Of a stretch of DNA of 32,000 nt, positions 1 to 8,702 are shown one piece after another. Positions within the stretch are counted from its first letter, which is position 1, and each line of letters opens with the position of its first letter. The DNA is taken from the NCBI RefSeq assembly GCF_000270205.1, contig NC_015913.1, positions 720,001-752,000 on the forward strand. Direction: 5' to 3'. This DNA is from Candidatus Arthromitus sp. SFB-mouse-Japan (GTDB taxonomy: Bacteria > Bacillota > Clostridia > Clostridiales > Clostridiaceae). The notes below the pieces were generated by a model that was given only the letters and a program-made list of their open reading frames with translations, had not been told where the DNA came from and made no database searches. The position numbers were made by a program, and so were the translations under genes.

Positions 1-270
1 GAAAATGAATGTAATGATGTTGATAGAGAAATATATCTGGTTTTGGATGCAACGACTGGACAAAATGCTTTAAATCAAGCTATAGAGTTTAAAGAAGTTG
101 CAAACATTACAGGGATTATTTTGACTAAACTTGATGGAACTGCAAAAGGGGGAATGATCATTTCAATTAAAAATAAACTAGCTATACCAGTTAAGTATAT
201 AGGTACTGGTGAAGGAATTGATGATATTCAACCGTTTAATGCAGAAGAGTTTGTTGATGCTTTAATATAA
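1..270 (+). CDS. ftsY: Signal recognition particle receptor FtsY, C-terminal part (5' end lies outside window)
   Basis: Frame 1 is open from base 1. Translation carries SRP-GTPase motifs [36 protein letters not shown]. Stop TAA 268-270. Followed by ylxM-ffh as usual in Firmicutes. Confidence 0.9.
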   Translation, partial: ENECNDVDREIYLVLDATTGQNALNQAIEFKEVANITGIILTKLDGTAKGGMIISIKNKLAIPVKYIGTGEGIDDIQPFNAEEFVDALI

Positions 271-305
271 AAATGTCAAGTTATTTTACTTGACATTTTT
301 TTTTG
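271..305 (+). terminator. Rho-independent terminator after ftsY
   Basis: Stem aaatgtcaag (271-280) pairs with cttgacattt (289-298), with an 8-nt loop, followed by a T-run to 305. Confidence 0.6.
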
Positions 306-317
306 TGCTGATATAAT
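290..317 (+). promoter_or_regulatory. Sigma-A-type promoter for ylxM-ffh (TTGACA-16 nt-TGaTATAAT)
   Basis: ttgaca at 290-295, 16-nt spacer, extended -10 tg-a-tataat at 309-317. The -10 ends 10 nt before the ylxM ATG. Confidence 0.5.
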
Positions 318-327
318 GAAATAGATA

Positions 328-666
328 ATGGATAAGAAAGATTTGAAAAATAGAAATGAAATTATATTGCTTATAGATATCTATGGAGAGTTATTGACGG
401 AGAAGCAAAGGAAAATTCTTGAGCTCTATTTTTTTGATGATTTTGCATTAGTTGAGATAGCATCTATTAATAAATCGAGTCGCCAGTCTATACTGTATTC
501 TATTAATAAGAGTATCGAACAGTTGTATAGTTTTGAGGAAAAGTTAAAAGTATTGGAAAGAGATAGGGAGCTGGATAATAAAAAAGATCAGTTAATAGAA
601 AAATTAGAAGAGTTTTTGGATTTTAGTTTAAATCAGGAATTATATAATTTTATTCAAAATTTATAG
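328..666 (+). CDS. ylxM: YlxM/p13-like putative DNA-binding protein (UPF0122)
   Basis: 112 aa. Motif LIDIYGELLTEKQRKILELYFFDDFALVEIA is typical of YlxM. Conserved position directly upstream of ffh. Confidence 0.8.
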   Translation: MDKKDLKNRNEIILLIDIYGELLTEKQRKILELYFFDDFALVEIASINKSSRQSILYSINKSIEQLYSFEEKLKVLERDRELDNKKDQLIEKLEEFLDFSLNQELYNFIQNL

Positions 667-680
667 ATTGGAGGTAGGGT

Positions 681-2045
681 ATGGCTTTTGATGGTTTAGC
701 GAGTAAGCTTCAAGGTGTTTTTAAAAAACTCAGAGGTAAAGGTAAGTTGTCAGAACAAGATATAAAACTTGCTATGCGTGAAGTTAAGTTAGCCTTGCTT
801 GAATCGGATGTTAACTATAGGGTTGTTAAGACATTCATAAGCAGTGTTAGTGAAAAGTCCTTGGGTAAAGAAGTGTTGGAAAGTTTAACTCCTGCACAAC
901 AAGTTATAAAAATTGTAAATGATGAACTTAAAGCTATAATGGGAAATGATCAAAGCAAGTTAAACTACAATGTTAATGGTACTACTATTATAATGCTTGT
1001 TGGTCTTCAAGGAGCTGGTAAAACTACTATGGCTGCTAAACTTTCTCTTTATTGTAGAAAGTCAGGTAAGACTCCTCTTATGATTGCATGCGATGTATAT
1101 AGGCCTGCTGCAGTTAAGCAATTAGAGGTGTTGGGAAATCAAATTAATATACCAGTATTTTCAATACCAGACAGCAAAGATCCTTTATATATTGTTAAAA
1201 AAGGTCTTGAAGAAGCTGAAAAAAATATGAACAATGTTGTTATTATTGATACAGCAGGACGTTTACATATTGATGATGCGCTTATGAATGAGTTGAAAGA
1301 AATAAAGGAACTTTCAGATCCTTCTGAAATATTGATGGTCATTGATTCGATGATTGGTCAAGAATCTGTAAATATAGCAGAGACATTTAATGATAAATTA
1401 GATGTTACGGGTTTTGTTTTAACCAAATTGGATGGAGATACTCGTGGTGGGGTAGCACTGTCTATAAAAGAGGTTATTGGAAAGAATATTAAATTTATTG
1501 GTGTTGGTGAAAAGATTGGTGACTTGGAAGTGTTCCATCCTGATCGAATGGCATCTAGGATTTTAGGAATGGGCGATGTCTTATCGTTGATTGAGAAGGC
1601 TCAAGAAGCTATTGATCAAGATGAGGCACAGAAACTTAGTGAGAGAATGCTTGCTAATGAGTTTAATTTTGAAGATTTTAAGAGTGCTATGCAACAAATG
1701 AAGAAAATAGGTTCTTTTTCAAAAATACTTCAAATGATACCAGGTTTTGGAAATTCTATGAAGGAACTGAAAAATATAAATTTAGATGATAGTGAAAAAG
1801 AGTTATGTAAAATTGAAGCTATTATTAATTCGATGACGATAAAAGAGAGGAAAAATCCAAAATTGCTCATGGGTTCGGCATCAAGAAAATCTAGGATAGC
1901 AAAAGGTTCTGGAAGTACAGTTAATCAAGTTAACAAGCTTATAAAAGATTTTGAAAATATGAGTAAAATGATGAAACAATTTAAAGGAATGGCTGGAAAA
2001 GGGAAATTTGGAAAGAAGGGATTTTTTCCTAAATTGCCGTTTTAG
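681..2045 (+). CDS. ffh: Signal recognition particle protein Ffh
   Basis: 454 aa. P-loop GLQGAGKTT, DTAGR, TKLDGDTRGG, and a Met-rich C-terminal M domain. GGAGG RBS upstream. Confidence 0.97.
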   Translation: MAFDGLASKLQGVFKKLRGKGKLSEQDIKLAMREVKLALLESDVNYRVVKTFISSVSEKSLGKEVLESLTPAQQVIKIVNDELKAIMGNDQSKLNYNVNGTTIIMLVGLQGAGKTTMAAKLSLYCRKSGKTPLMIACDVYRPAAVKQLEVLGNQINIPVFSIPDSKDPLYIVKKGLEEAEKNMNNVVIIDTAGRLHIDDALMNELKEIKELSDPSEILMVIDSMIGQESVNIAETFNDKLDVTGFVLTKLDGDTRGGVALSIKEVIGKNIKFIGVGEKIGDLEVFHPDRMASRILGMGDVLSLIEKAQEAIDQDEAQKLSERMLANEFNFEDFKSAMQQMKKIGSFSKILQMIPGFGNSMKELKNINLDDSEKELCKIEAIINSMTIKERKNPKLLMGSASRKSRIAKGSGSTVNQVNKLIKDFENMSKMMKQFKGMAGKGKFGKKGFFPKLPF

Positions 2046-2090
2046 GTAATTAGGATTAAAATATTTAAATTTTATTAGGAGGAATTTTAA

Positions 2091-2330
2091 ATGGTAAAAA
2101 TTAGATTAAGAAGAATGGGAAGCAAAAAGAAACCTTTTTATAGAATTGTTGTTGCTGATTCAAGGAGTCCAAGAGATGGGAAATTTATAGCTGAAGTTGG
2201 AACATATAATCCAATGAAAAATCCAATTGAGTTTACATTAAAAGAAGAAGAAGTTAAGAAATGGATTTCTAATGGAGCTCAGCCTACTGACGCAGTTAAT
2301 AGATTATTAGTTAAAGCAGGTATAAATTAA
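2091..2330 (+). CDS. rpsP: 30S ribosomal protein S16
   Basis: [30 protein letters not shown] is a canonical S16 N-terminus. AGGAGG RBS. Confidence 0.97.
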   Translation: MVKIRLRRMGSKKKPFYRIVVADSRSPRDGKFIAEVGTYNPMKNPIEFTLKEEEVKKWISNGAQPTDAVNRLLVKAGIN

Positions 2331-2336
2331 TTTAGT

Positions 2337-2858
2337 ATGATAAATTTATTTTCTATTGGTAGAATTTCTAAGCCACATGGTATTCGTGGTGAAGTGAATG
2401 TTATACCATTTGATGAGAATTTGGATATATTTAAGAATTTGGAATGCGTTTTTTTAAGTAAGAGTGATACTTTAGAGGATGATTTAACTCCAGTTAACAT
2501 AACATCTATAAAATTTAAAAATAACAGAGTTGTTATGGGTATTGAGGGTTGTTCTACTTGTAATGAAGCAGAACTGTTCAGGAATAAGTTTATAAGAATA
2601 AAACGTGAAGATATACCTATACAAGATGGTGATTATTTTATTGCAGATATAAAGGAATGCACTGTATATGATGAAAATGGTGTGTTTTTGGGTAGAGTAT
2701 CGGAGGTTATAAAAACCAAGAATAATGATGTTTATTGGATAAAGAAGACCAATTTAAATGATGAATTGCTTATACCGGTACTTAAGTCTATTGTGGTAGA
2801 TATAGATATCGATGAAAAGAAGATTATTATTAAAGAAGTTAAAAGTTGGACCTTATGA
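2337..2858 (+). CDS. rimM: 16S rRNA processing protein RimM
   Basis: IGRISKPHGIRGEV N-terminal motif, PRC-barrel-like C-terminus, rpsP-rimM-trmD synteny. Confidence 0.9.
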   Translation: MINLFSIGRISKPHGIRGEVNVIPFDENLDIFKNLECVFLSKSDTLEDDLTPVNITSIKFKNNRVVMGIEGCSTCNEAELFRNKFIRIKREDIPIQDGDYFIADIKECTVYDENGVFLGRVSEVIKTKNNDVYWIKKTNLNDELLIPVLKSIVVDIDIDEKKIIIKEVKSWTL

Positions 2859-3523
2859 AGATTAGTATTTTAAGCTTATTTCCACAAATGTTTGAGGTTT
2901 TCAATCATAGTATTGTGGGGAAAGCACGGATGAATAATTATGTTGATATTGAAATTATCAATATCAGAGATTTTTCTAATAATAAACATAATAAGGTTGA
3001 TGATTATCCTTTTGGTGGTGGAGCAGGTATGCTCATGAGTGTTGAACCGATATATAATTCTATATGTTATGCTAGACGTAATTTGGATGGGAGGGTTATA
3101 TATCTAGGACCAAGAGGGGATACTTTTAATCAAAATAAGGCATATGAATTGTCTGATAATAATCATTTGATATTTTTGTGTGGTCATTATGAAGGTATAG
3201 ATGAGAGATCCTATAATTTTATTGATGAAGAAATTTCTTTAGGTGATTTTATATTGACAGGTGGAGAAATGGCGGCTATTCCAATCATTGATAGTATAGT
3301 TAGACTTTTGTCTGGGGTTATAAATAAGAATAGCTTAGATAATGAGTCTTTTACTAATGATTTAATGGATTTTCCACAATATACAAGACCGAGAGAATTT
3401 ATGGGAATCTCTGTTCCTAATGTTCTATTATCAGGGAATCATAAAGAAATCGATAAATGGAGACGAGAAGAGTCTTTGAAAATAACACGAAAATATAAAA
3501 GGTATTTATTAAAAGATAAATAA
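2846..3523 (+). CDS. trmD: tRNA (guanine37-N1)-methyltransferase TrmD
   Basis: Motifs DDYPFGGGAGM, LICGHYEGIDER-like (FLCGHYEGIDER), LTGGE. Overlaps the rimM stop by 13 nt. Confidence 0.95.
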   Translation: MDLMKISILSLFPQMFEVFNHSIVGKARMNNYVDIEIINIRDFSNNKHNKVDDYPFGGGAGMLMSVEPIYNSICYARRNLDGRVIYLGPRGDTFNQNKAYELSDNNHLIFLCGHYEGIDERSYNFIDEEISLGDFILTGGEMAAIPIIDSIVRLLSGVINKNSLDNESFTNDLMDFPQYTRPREFMGISVPNVLLSGNHKEIDKWRREESLKITRKYKRYLLKDK

Positions 3524-3544
3524 TTTTTAGGAGGGTTTTATAAA

Positions 3545-3904
3545 ATGCATGATTTAATTAAATACATAGAATCACTACAAATGAAAAAGGAAGTTCCTTC
3601 TTTTAGCGTTGGGGATACTGTTAAAGTTAGTATTCTTATAAAAGAGGGAAATAAAGAGAGAGTTCAGGTTTATGAAGGTACTGTTATAAAAAGGCAAAAC
3701 GGTGGAATAAGAGAAACTTTTACAGTTAGAAGAATTGCTTATGGAGTTGGTAGTGAGAAGACTTTCCCATTACACTCACCTAAAGTTTTAAATATTGAAG
3801 TTGTAAGATATGGTAAAGTTAGAAGATCTAAGCTTTATTACTTAAGAGATAGAGTAGGAAAAGCGACTAAGGTTAAAGAGAGAATTGTAAATAGAAATAA
3901 ATAA
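3545..3904 (+). CDS. rplS: 50S ribosomal protein L19
   Basis: 119 aa. FSVGDTVKV...[14 protein letters not shown]...RRSKLYYLR is typical of L19. GGAGGG RBS. Confidence 0.97.
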   Translation: MHDLIKYIESLQMKKEVPSFSVGDTVKVSILIKEGNKERVQVYEGTVIKRQNGGIRETFTVRRIAYGVGSEKTFPLHSPKVLNIEVVRYGKVRRSKLYYLRDRVGKATKVKERIVNRNK

Positions 3905-3924
3905 AGCTGGATCATATTTTAGAT

Positions 3925-3962
3925 AGTAAATTTCTTTTTGGGAATTTACTATTTTGTTTTTT
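3925..3962 (+). terminator. Rho-independent terminator after rplS
   Basis: Stem 3925-3934 pairs with 3941-3950 (agtaaatttc / ggaatttact), followed by attttgtttttt. Confidence 0.55.
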
Positions 3963-3980
3963 AAGGAGGATATGAAAATT

Positions 3981-4841
3981 ATGAATATAAATTGGTATCC
4001 AGGTCATATGTTTAAGACTAAAAAAGAGATAAAGAATATGATAAATTTAGTAGATCTTGTGATAGAAATAAGAGATGCAAGATCTGTTATTTCAACGACA
4101 AATCCAGATATTGAAATGTTGACTAAGGATAAACCTAAAATTATTGTTTTGAGTAAAGTTGATTTGGCCGATAATAATACGACAAATAAATGGATTGAGT
4201 ACTATAAGAATCAAGGAATCCCATGTATAGATGTGGATATTATAAGAAATAAAAATATTAAGAATATCAAGGCTCAAATTAATTTTCTTATGAAAAGTAA
4301 GCTTGACAGGTACAGGAGTAAAGGGGTTAAGAATTATACATTACGAGGTATGATTTTGGGAATTCCGAATGTTGGTAAATCATCTCTTATAAATAAAATT
4401 TCTAACAATAAGATAGCGAAAGTAGGAAATAGGCCCGGTGTTACAAAATCTAATCAATGGATTAAGACGAAGTGGGATATAGATTTATTAGATACTCCAG
4501 GGATTTTATGGCCTAAGTTTGATAGTACAGAGGTTGGTCTTAATCTTGTTTATATTGGATCGGTAAAGGATGAAATTTTAGATGTTCAAGATGTTTGCTA
4601 TAATATGCTTGAATATCTTTTGAAAAATTATAGAATGAATTTGGAGAGTAAATATAAAGTTGAAGTATCGGATGATGTGTCGGACAGCATGGATATTTTA
4701 GGAAAGAAACTTGGTTGTTTATCAAAAGGAGTTTCGATTGACTATAATAGGCTTGCACATATAATAATTGGAGATTTTAGATCAGGGAAAATTGGTAATA
4801 TATCACTTGAACGACCTGAAGATTTATTGAAAGAGGAATAA
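3981..4841 (+). CDS. rbgA: Ribosome biogenesis GTPase A (YlqF/RbgA)
   Basis: MNINWYPGHM N-terminus. Circularly permuted GTPase motifs (LSKVDL, GIPNVGKSSLIN, DTPG). I prefer ATG 3981 (GGAGG 3965-3969, about 11-nt spacing). The track start 3954 lies inside the rplS terminator. Confidence 0.9.
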   Translation: MNINWYPGHMFKTKKEIKNMINLVDLVIEIRDARSVISTTNPDIEMLTKDKPKIIVLSKVDLADNNTTNKWIEYYKNQGIPCIDVDIIRNKNIKNIKAQINFLMKSKLDRYRSKGVKNYTLRGMILGIPNVGKSSLINKISNNKIAKVGNRPGVTKSNQWIKTKWDIDLLDTPGILWPKFDSTEVGLNLVYIGSVKDEILDVQDVCYNMLEYLLKNYRMNLESKYKVEVSDDVSDSMDILGKKLGCLSKGVSIDYNRLAHIIIGDFRSGKIGNISLERPEDLLKEE

Positions 4842-4854
4842 ATGAGGAATAAAT

Positions 4855-5646
4855 ATGGATTTTAAAAATTTGACGGTTTCTCAAATAAAAAATTTATTAA
4901 ATGAGATTGAGATTATAGATGAAAATATTGATGAAGTTATAAATTCACTTTTGAAAGATGTGAGGATATCAGTCAATAAACTTGCGAAACAAGTTGAAAA
5001 TAAATATGATATTCTTAAAAATAATAGGATAATGAATGAAAAGTTTTATGGGTTTGACAAAGAATATATTCTTAACAACAATTATGTAGTAGCTGGATGT
5101 GATGAGGTAGGTCGTGGACCGCTTGCTGGACCGATTGTATGTGCTTCGGTTGTTCTTGATTTGTATAATAGTTCAAAAATTATAAGTGATATAAATGATT
5201 CTAAGAAAATAAAGAGTAGATATTTCAGGAAAGTTCTTAGTGATAAGATTATGGAAAATGCAAAAAATTTTAAAATAATAGAGATATCTAATGATGAAAT
5301 AGATAATATTGGTATTAGTGAAGCAAATCAAAAAGGTTTTAGAGATTCAATACTGGGTCTAAATATGGATATTGATTTAGTTTTGTCTGATGGATATCCA
5401 GTGAAAAATTTAAACTTTAGAAATATTCATGTGGTGAAAGGTGATACAAAGAGTGCTAGTATAATGTGTGCTTCTATTATAGCAAAGGTTTATAGAGATG
5501 AATTGATGTTTAGATATCATGATGAATTTCCTCAATATGATTTTTTGAATAATGTTGGATATGGTACAAAGAAACATCTTGAAGCTATAAAAAAATTTGG
5601 TATATGTAAATATCATAGGAAGACATTTTTGAAGAATTACATTTAG
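4855..5646 (+). CDS. rnhB: Ribonuclease HII
   Basis: GCDEVGRGPLAGPIV catalytic motif, DSKK, and the SIIAKV...R motif. Follows ylqF as in Bacillus/Clostridia. Confidence 0.93.
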   Translation: MDFKNLTVSQIKNLLNEIEIIDENIDEVINSLLKDVRISVNKLAKQVENKYDILKNNRIMNEKFYGFDKEYILNNNYVVAGCDEVGRGPLAGPIVCASVVLDLYNSSKIISDINDSKKIKSRYFRKVLSDKIMENAKNFKIIEISNDEIDNIGISEANQKGFRDSILGLNMDIDLVLSDGYPVKNLNFRNIHVVKGDTKSASIMCASIIAKVYRDELMFRYHDEFPQYDFLNNVGYGTKKHLEAIKKFGICKYHRKTFLKNYI

Positions 5647-5650
5647 AATG

Positions 5651-5679
5651 TTGAAAATTTATTAGTATGATTATATAAT
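5651..5679 (+). promoter_or_regulatory. Consensus-like promoter (TTGAAA-17 nt-TATAAT) for the oxidoreductase gene
   Basis: ttgaaa 5651-5656, 17-nt spacer, tataat 5674-5679. Confidence 0.5.
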
Positions 5680-5730
5680 TTTTTAGAAATGACAGTAGAA
5701 AATAATTATTATAAAGGTGTATTTTTAACA

Positions 5731-6864
5731 ATGAATACAAAGCACGGTAATTTATTTGAACAATTTAAATTTAAAAATTGTATTACACTCAAAAATAAAA
5801 TTGTTATGTCTCCGATGACAACTTGGTCTAGTAATAATGATAATACGATTTCTGATGAAGAGATAGAGTATTATAAAGTGAGAGTTAATTGAGTGGGGCT
5901 TGTCATAACTAGTTGTACTTATGTGCATCCAAATGGTATAGGATTTTTAAATGAGTTTGCAAGTTATGATGATAAGTTTATTCCAAGTTTACGTAAGTTA
6001 GCAAATGATGCAAAAAGTGGAGGAGCTAATGCAATACTTCAGATTTTTCATGCTGGCAATAAAGCTCTTCCTAATTTAGTTCCAAATGGTGACGTAGTTA
6101 GTGCTAGTGCTATTAAGACTGAGGCTAGTGCATTTGCACCAGCATTATTACCAAGAGAACTTTCACATGAAGAAGTCTTAGATATTGTTAATGCATTTGG
6201 AGAAACAACAAGACGTGCAATTGAGGCAGGTTTTGATGGAGTTGAGATTCATGGAGCACATGGTTTCTTAATCCAAAATTTCACATCTCCATTGTATAAT
6301 AAACGTAGTGATGAGTGGGGTGAATCACCAGAAAAACGATTAATGTTTCCACTTGCAATTGTAAATAAGATAAAGGATGTAATTAAGGAGTACGTTAAAA
6401 AGCCTTTTATTTTAGGATATAGACTTTCTCCAGAAGAATCTGAAAAGGGAGGATTAAGAATAGGAGATACTTATAAATTGATTAATCATCTTATTGAAAT
6501 AGATATTGATTATATCCACATTTCATTGACAAGTGCACTTTCATCAAAACCTATTGATAGCAAAGATGAAAAAACATATCTTGAGTTAATTAGTAAATAT
6601 GTGAATGGAAAAGTTCCAATAATAGTTGCAGGTTCTATGTTGACACCAGATGATGTAGAACAAGCATTAAATAATGGGGCATCTTTGGCAGCCATAGGAC
6701 GTGCTTTAGTGATTAATCCAGATTGGGTAGAGAAAGTTAAAAATGATAAAAAAAATGAAATTAAGATGTCAATTAATTCTTCGAAAGTAAATGAGTTTAC
6801 ATTACCTCAAAATTTATGGAATGTAATTAAAGCTTCTGCAGCTTGGATTAATATTGAAGAATAG
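5731..6864 (+). pseudogene. Old-Yellow-Enzyme family NADH:flavin oxidoreductase interrupted by one in-frame TGA (5890-5892)
   Basis: Track ORFs 5689-5892 and 5893-6864 share one frame and are separated only by TGA. Joined product reads ...IVMSPMTTW...EEIEYYKVRVN*VGLVITSCTYV...LQIFHAGN...GVEIHGAHGFLI.., a contiguous OYE TIM-barrel. Likely start ATG 5731 (aaaggtg RBS 5713-5719). Confidence 0.8.
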
Positions 6865-6892
6865 ACTATTCTATCATTAGAATAGTTGTTTT
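6865..6892. terminator. Hairpin terminator between the convergent oxidoreductase and yraN-family genes
   Basis: actattcta (6865-6873) pairs with tagaatagt (6878-6886), 4-nt loop, then tgtttt. A-rich on the other side. Confidence 0.5.
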
Positions 6893-7253
6893 AAAAAATA
6901 TTTTCGATGTAATTGTAACTATATTTTTTGTTACCCCAAAATTTTATTTCCATTAGATCAAATTTGTAAAAAATATTATTTAGGTTATTTATTGTTAGAA
7001 AATAGTTTGCTGTATTTCTGATTTTAAATATTTTTCTATTATTAATTTGTTCTCGTGGTTCTAAGATAAAATTATTTTTGAACATACATATACTTTTTAC
7101 CTCAACGAATGATATAACATTATCTTTAGAGCATATGATATCAATTTCACCTCTTTTGGATCTGAAATTTTTATTTATGATTTTAAAATTTTTGTTTAAT
7201 AGGACTTTTACTGCTAAAATTTCTCCTAAATTTCCAATATCTTTTGTTGTCAT
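6891..7253 (-). CDS. YraN-family (UPF0102) putative endonuclease
   Basis: 120 aa. GNLGEILAVKVLLNKNFKIINKNFRSKRGEIDIIC...ISFVEVKS is the YraN signature. GGAGG 12 nt upstream. Confidence 0.85.
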   Translation of the reverse strand: MTTKDIGNLGEILAVKVLLNKNFKIINKNFRSKRGEIDIICSKDNVISFVEVKSICMFKNNFILEPREQINNRKIFKIRNTANYFLTINNLNNIFYKFDLMEIKFWGNKKYSYNYIENIF

Positions 7254-7272
7254 TATTGGATTTCACCTCCTA

Positions 7273-7301
7273 ATATTAACAGTGTTGACACATTTTTGTA
7301 A
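7273..7301 (-). promoter_or_regulatory. Candidate promoter for the yraN-family gene (TTACAA-17 nt-TGtTAATAT on the minus strand)
   Basis: Reverse complement reads ttacaa (7301-7296), 17 nt, tgt-taatat (-10 at 7278-7273). Confidence 0.35.
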
Positions 7302-7327
7302 AAAAATAACTAGAGTTTATCTTAAAT

Positions 7328-7363
7328 AAAAAAGGATACAAGTTTTCTTGTATCCTTTTTTTT
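7328..7363. terminator. Strong bidirectional hairpin terminator with no intact gene feeding into it
   Basis: aaaggatacaag (7331-7342) pairs with cttgtatccttt (7347-7358), tttt loop. A-run on the left and T-run on the right. Confidence 0.6.
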
Positions 7364-7806
7364 GGACATCAATAATATCAAATTTAGCAGTTTAACTAAT
7401 AAAAGACTAGATAAATTAGCATAAGCTACTACTTGTAAGTTGATAATGTTATACAGGTATGATTTTTGAGAAAAGACATACATATGATGTTTGTTTAAGA
7501 ATTATTAACAATCTTCCAGTTAGAATACAAAGTTAATATGATTTTACTGATGGAAAGTATTTTAAGAAAGTAAATTATAGTGATGTTAATTTAGTTAATG
7601 GAGAATCTTATGGTGAAGATGGATGGTTTGTCTATATGTAATGATAATATTGCGAAATTTAAAGCGATATTAGTTTCCTATATTGATTTTGGCAATAACA
7701 CATAGTACAATTTATTACTGGAATAATTCAAAAAAAAATTATACGAAGATACGAAATTAGTTAAGTAGAAGAAATTATTTAGATTTTATACATGGAGGAT
7801 TTTTAT

Positions 7807-8124
7807 ATGAACTTAGATAATCATGAAAAATCAGAATTTGACGGAGGAATATTAGGACTTATAGGAGTTAATATATTGTCTACTATAATTACTTTTGTAA
7901 CTTTTGGGCTTGGATTTACATGGGCTATGTGTGTTAGAGAAAGATATATAGTTAATCACACCATTATTAATGGACAAAGGTTAAGGTTTATTGGGAGTGG
8001 GGGAGATTTATTTCTGAATTGGATTAAATGGGCGATATTGACAATAATAACATTAGGAATATATGGGTTTTGGTTGACTATAAAGTTACAACAATGGAAA
8101 GTTAAAAATACTATATTTGATTAA
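7807..8124 (+). CDS. Small two-TM membrane protein (DUF898/YjgN-like; family assignment from memory, tentative)
   Basis: Two hydrophobic helices (ILGLIGVNILSTIITFVTFGL, ILTIITLGIYGFWLTI) flank HTIINGQRLRFIGSGG. GGAGGA at 7794-7799 favours ATG 7807 over the track start 7792. Confidence 0.6.
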   Translation: MNLDNHEKSEFDGGILGLIGVNILSTIITFVTFGLGFTWAMCVRERYIVNHTIINGQRLRFIGSGGDLFLNWIKWAILTIITLGIYGFWLTIKLQQWKVKNTIFD

Positions 8125-8129
8125 TAAAT

Positions 8130-8160
8130 AAAGGATAGCTGAACAGCTATCCTTTATTTT
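8130..8160. terminator. Bidirectional terminator between the membrane protein gene and tetR
   Basis: aaggatagc (8131-8139) pairs with gctatcctt (8146-8154), then tatttt. A-run on the left. Confidence 0.65.
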
Positions 8161-8167
8161 AAATTAT

Positions 8168-8542
8168 TTAAACCACCTTGAATAATACTCGATATTTTGA
8201 CGAATTTATAATGCGTTGGCACACTGGAAGTAATATATCATTTTTTTGTATTTTTTCTAGATATTCTTTCTTTGTAAGAGTAGATATAATATTATCTTTA
8301 TCATGATTTGGATTTTTTTCTCCTACTTGTAGAGCGTCTTTTAATAGTTCGTCTAAAACATCAGTTATGTTTGAAAAATGTAAGTAAAACGTGGTCCTTG
8401 TAATTTTAGCTTGTCGGCATATATTAGAAACGGTTATCTTATCAAAGGTTTCTTTTTTTAATAATTCTAATAGTACGTCTTTAATTGTATTGATTGTATA
8501 GGTAGTACGTCGATCTGGTTTTCTTTGTTTTATATTACTCAA
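8168..8542 (-). CDS. TetR/AcrR-family transcriptional regulator, unusually short (124 aa, possibly C-terminally truncated)
   Basis: N-terminal HTH FDKITVSNICRQAKITRTTFYLHFSNI. TTG start with GAGG upstream. Ends ...SSKYRVLFKVV right at the terminator, whereas typical family members are about 190 aa. Confidence 0.75.
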   Translation of the reverse strand: MSNIKQRKPDRRTTYTINTIKDVLLELLKKETFDKITVSNICRQAKITRTTFYLHFSNITDVLDELLKDALQVGEKNPNHDKDNIISTLTKKEYLEKIQKNDILLPVCQRIINSSKYRVLFKVV

Positions 8543-8702
8543 TTTTAAGGCCTCTTTTTATTTATTTGTTTACAGATTTATAAATATGTTAAGAACAATC
8601 CCTACTTTGTATAATGTGTTATTCTATTATATAAATTAATTATAATATAATAAAGTCCATTACATGTAATAGGTAGCAATTTTTATAAAGGAGAATAAAA
8701 TA

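Noticed and set aside
5689-5730. Track start codon 5689 for the oxidoreductase (and similarly 3954, 7792, 11184, 13549, 14517, 17489, 23115, 31996 for their genes).
   Set aside because: These upstream starts lack an SD or overlap terminators or RBSs. Downstream ATGs with GGAGG-type RBSs at proper spacing fit the family N-termini better.
5890-5892. TGA in the OYE oxidoreductase as selenocysteine.
   Set aside because: I saw no convincing SECIS-like stem-loop in the 40 nt downstream. The aligned family position is in the Gly-rich ..GG.GLIIT segment, not a known Cys/Sec site. This is not fully excluded without a dedicated tool.
7078-7329. 83-aa plus-strand ORF overlapping the yraN-family gene and its promoter.
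   Set aside because: It is antisense to a clearly conserved YraN-family CDS, has a hydrophobic low-complexity translation, and has no RBS.
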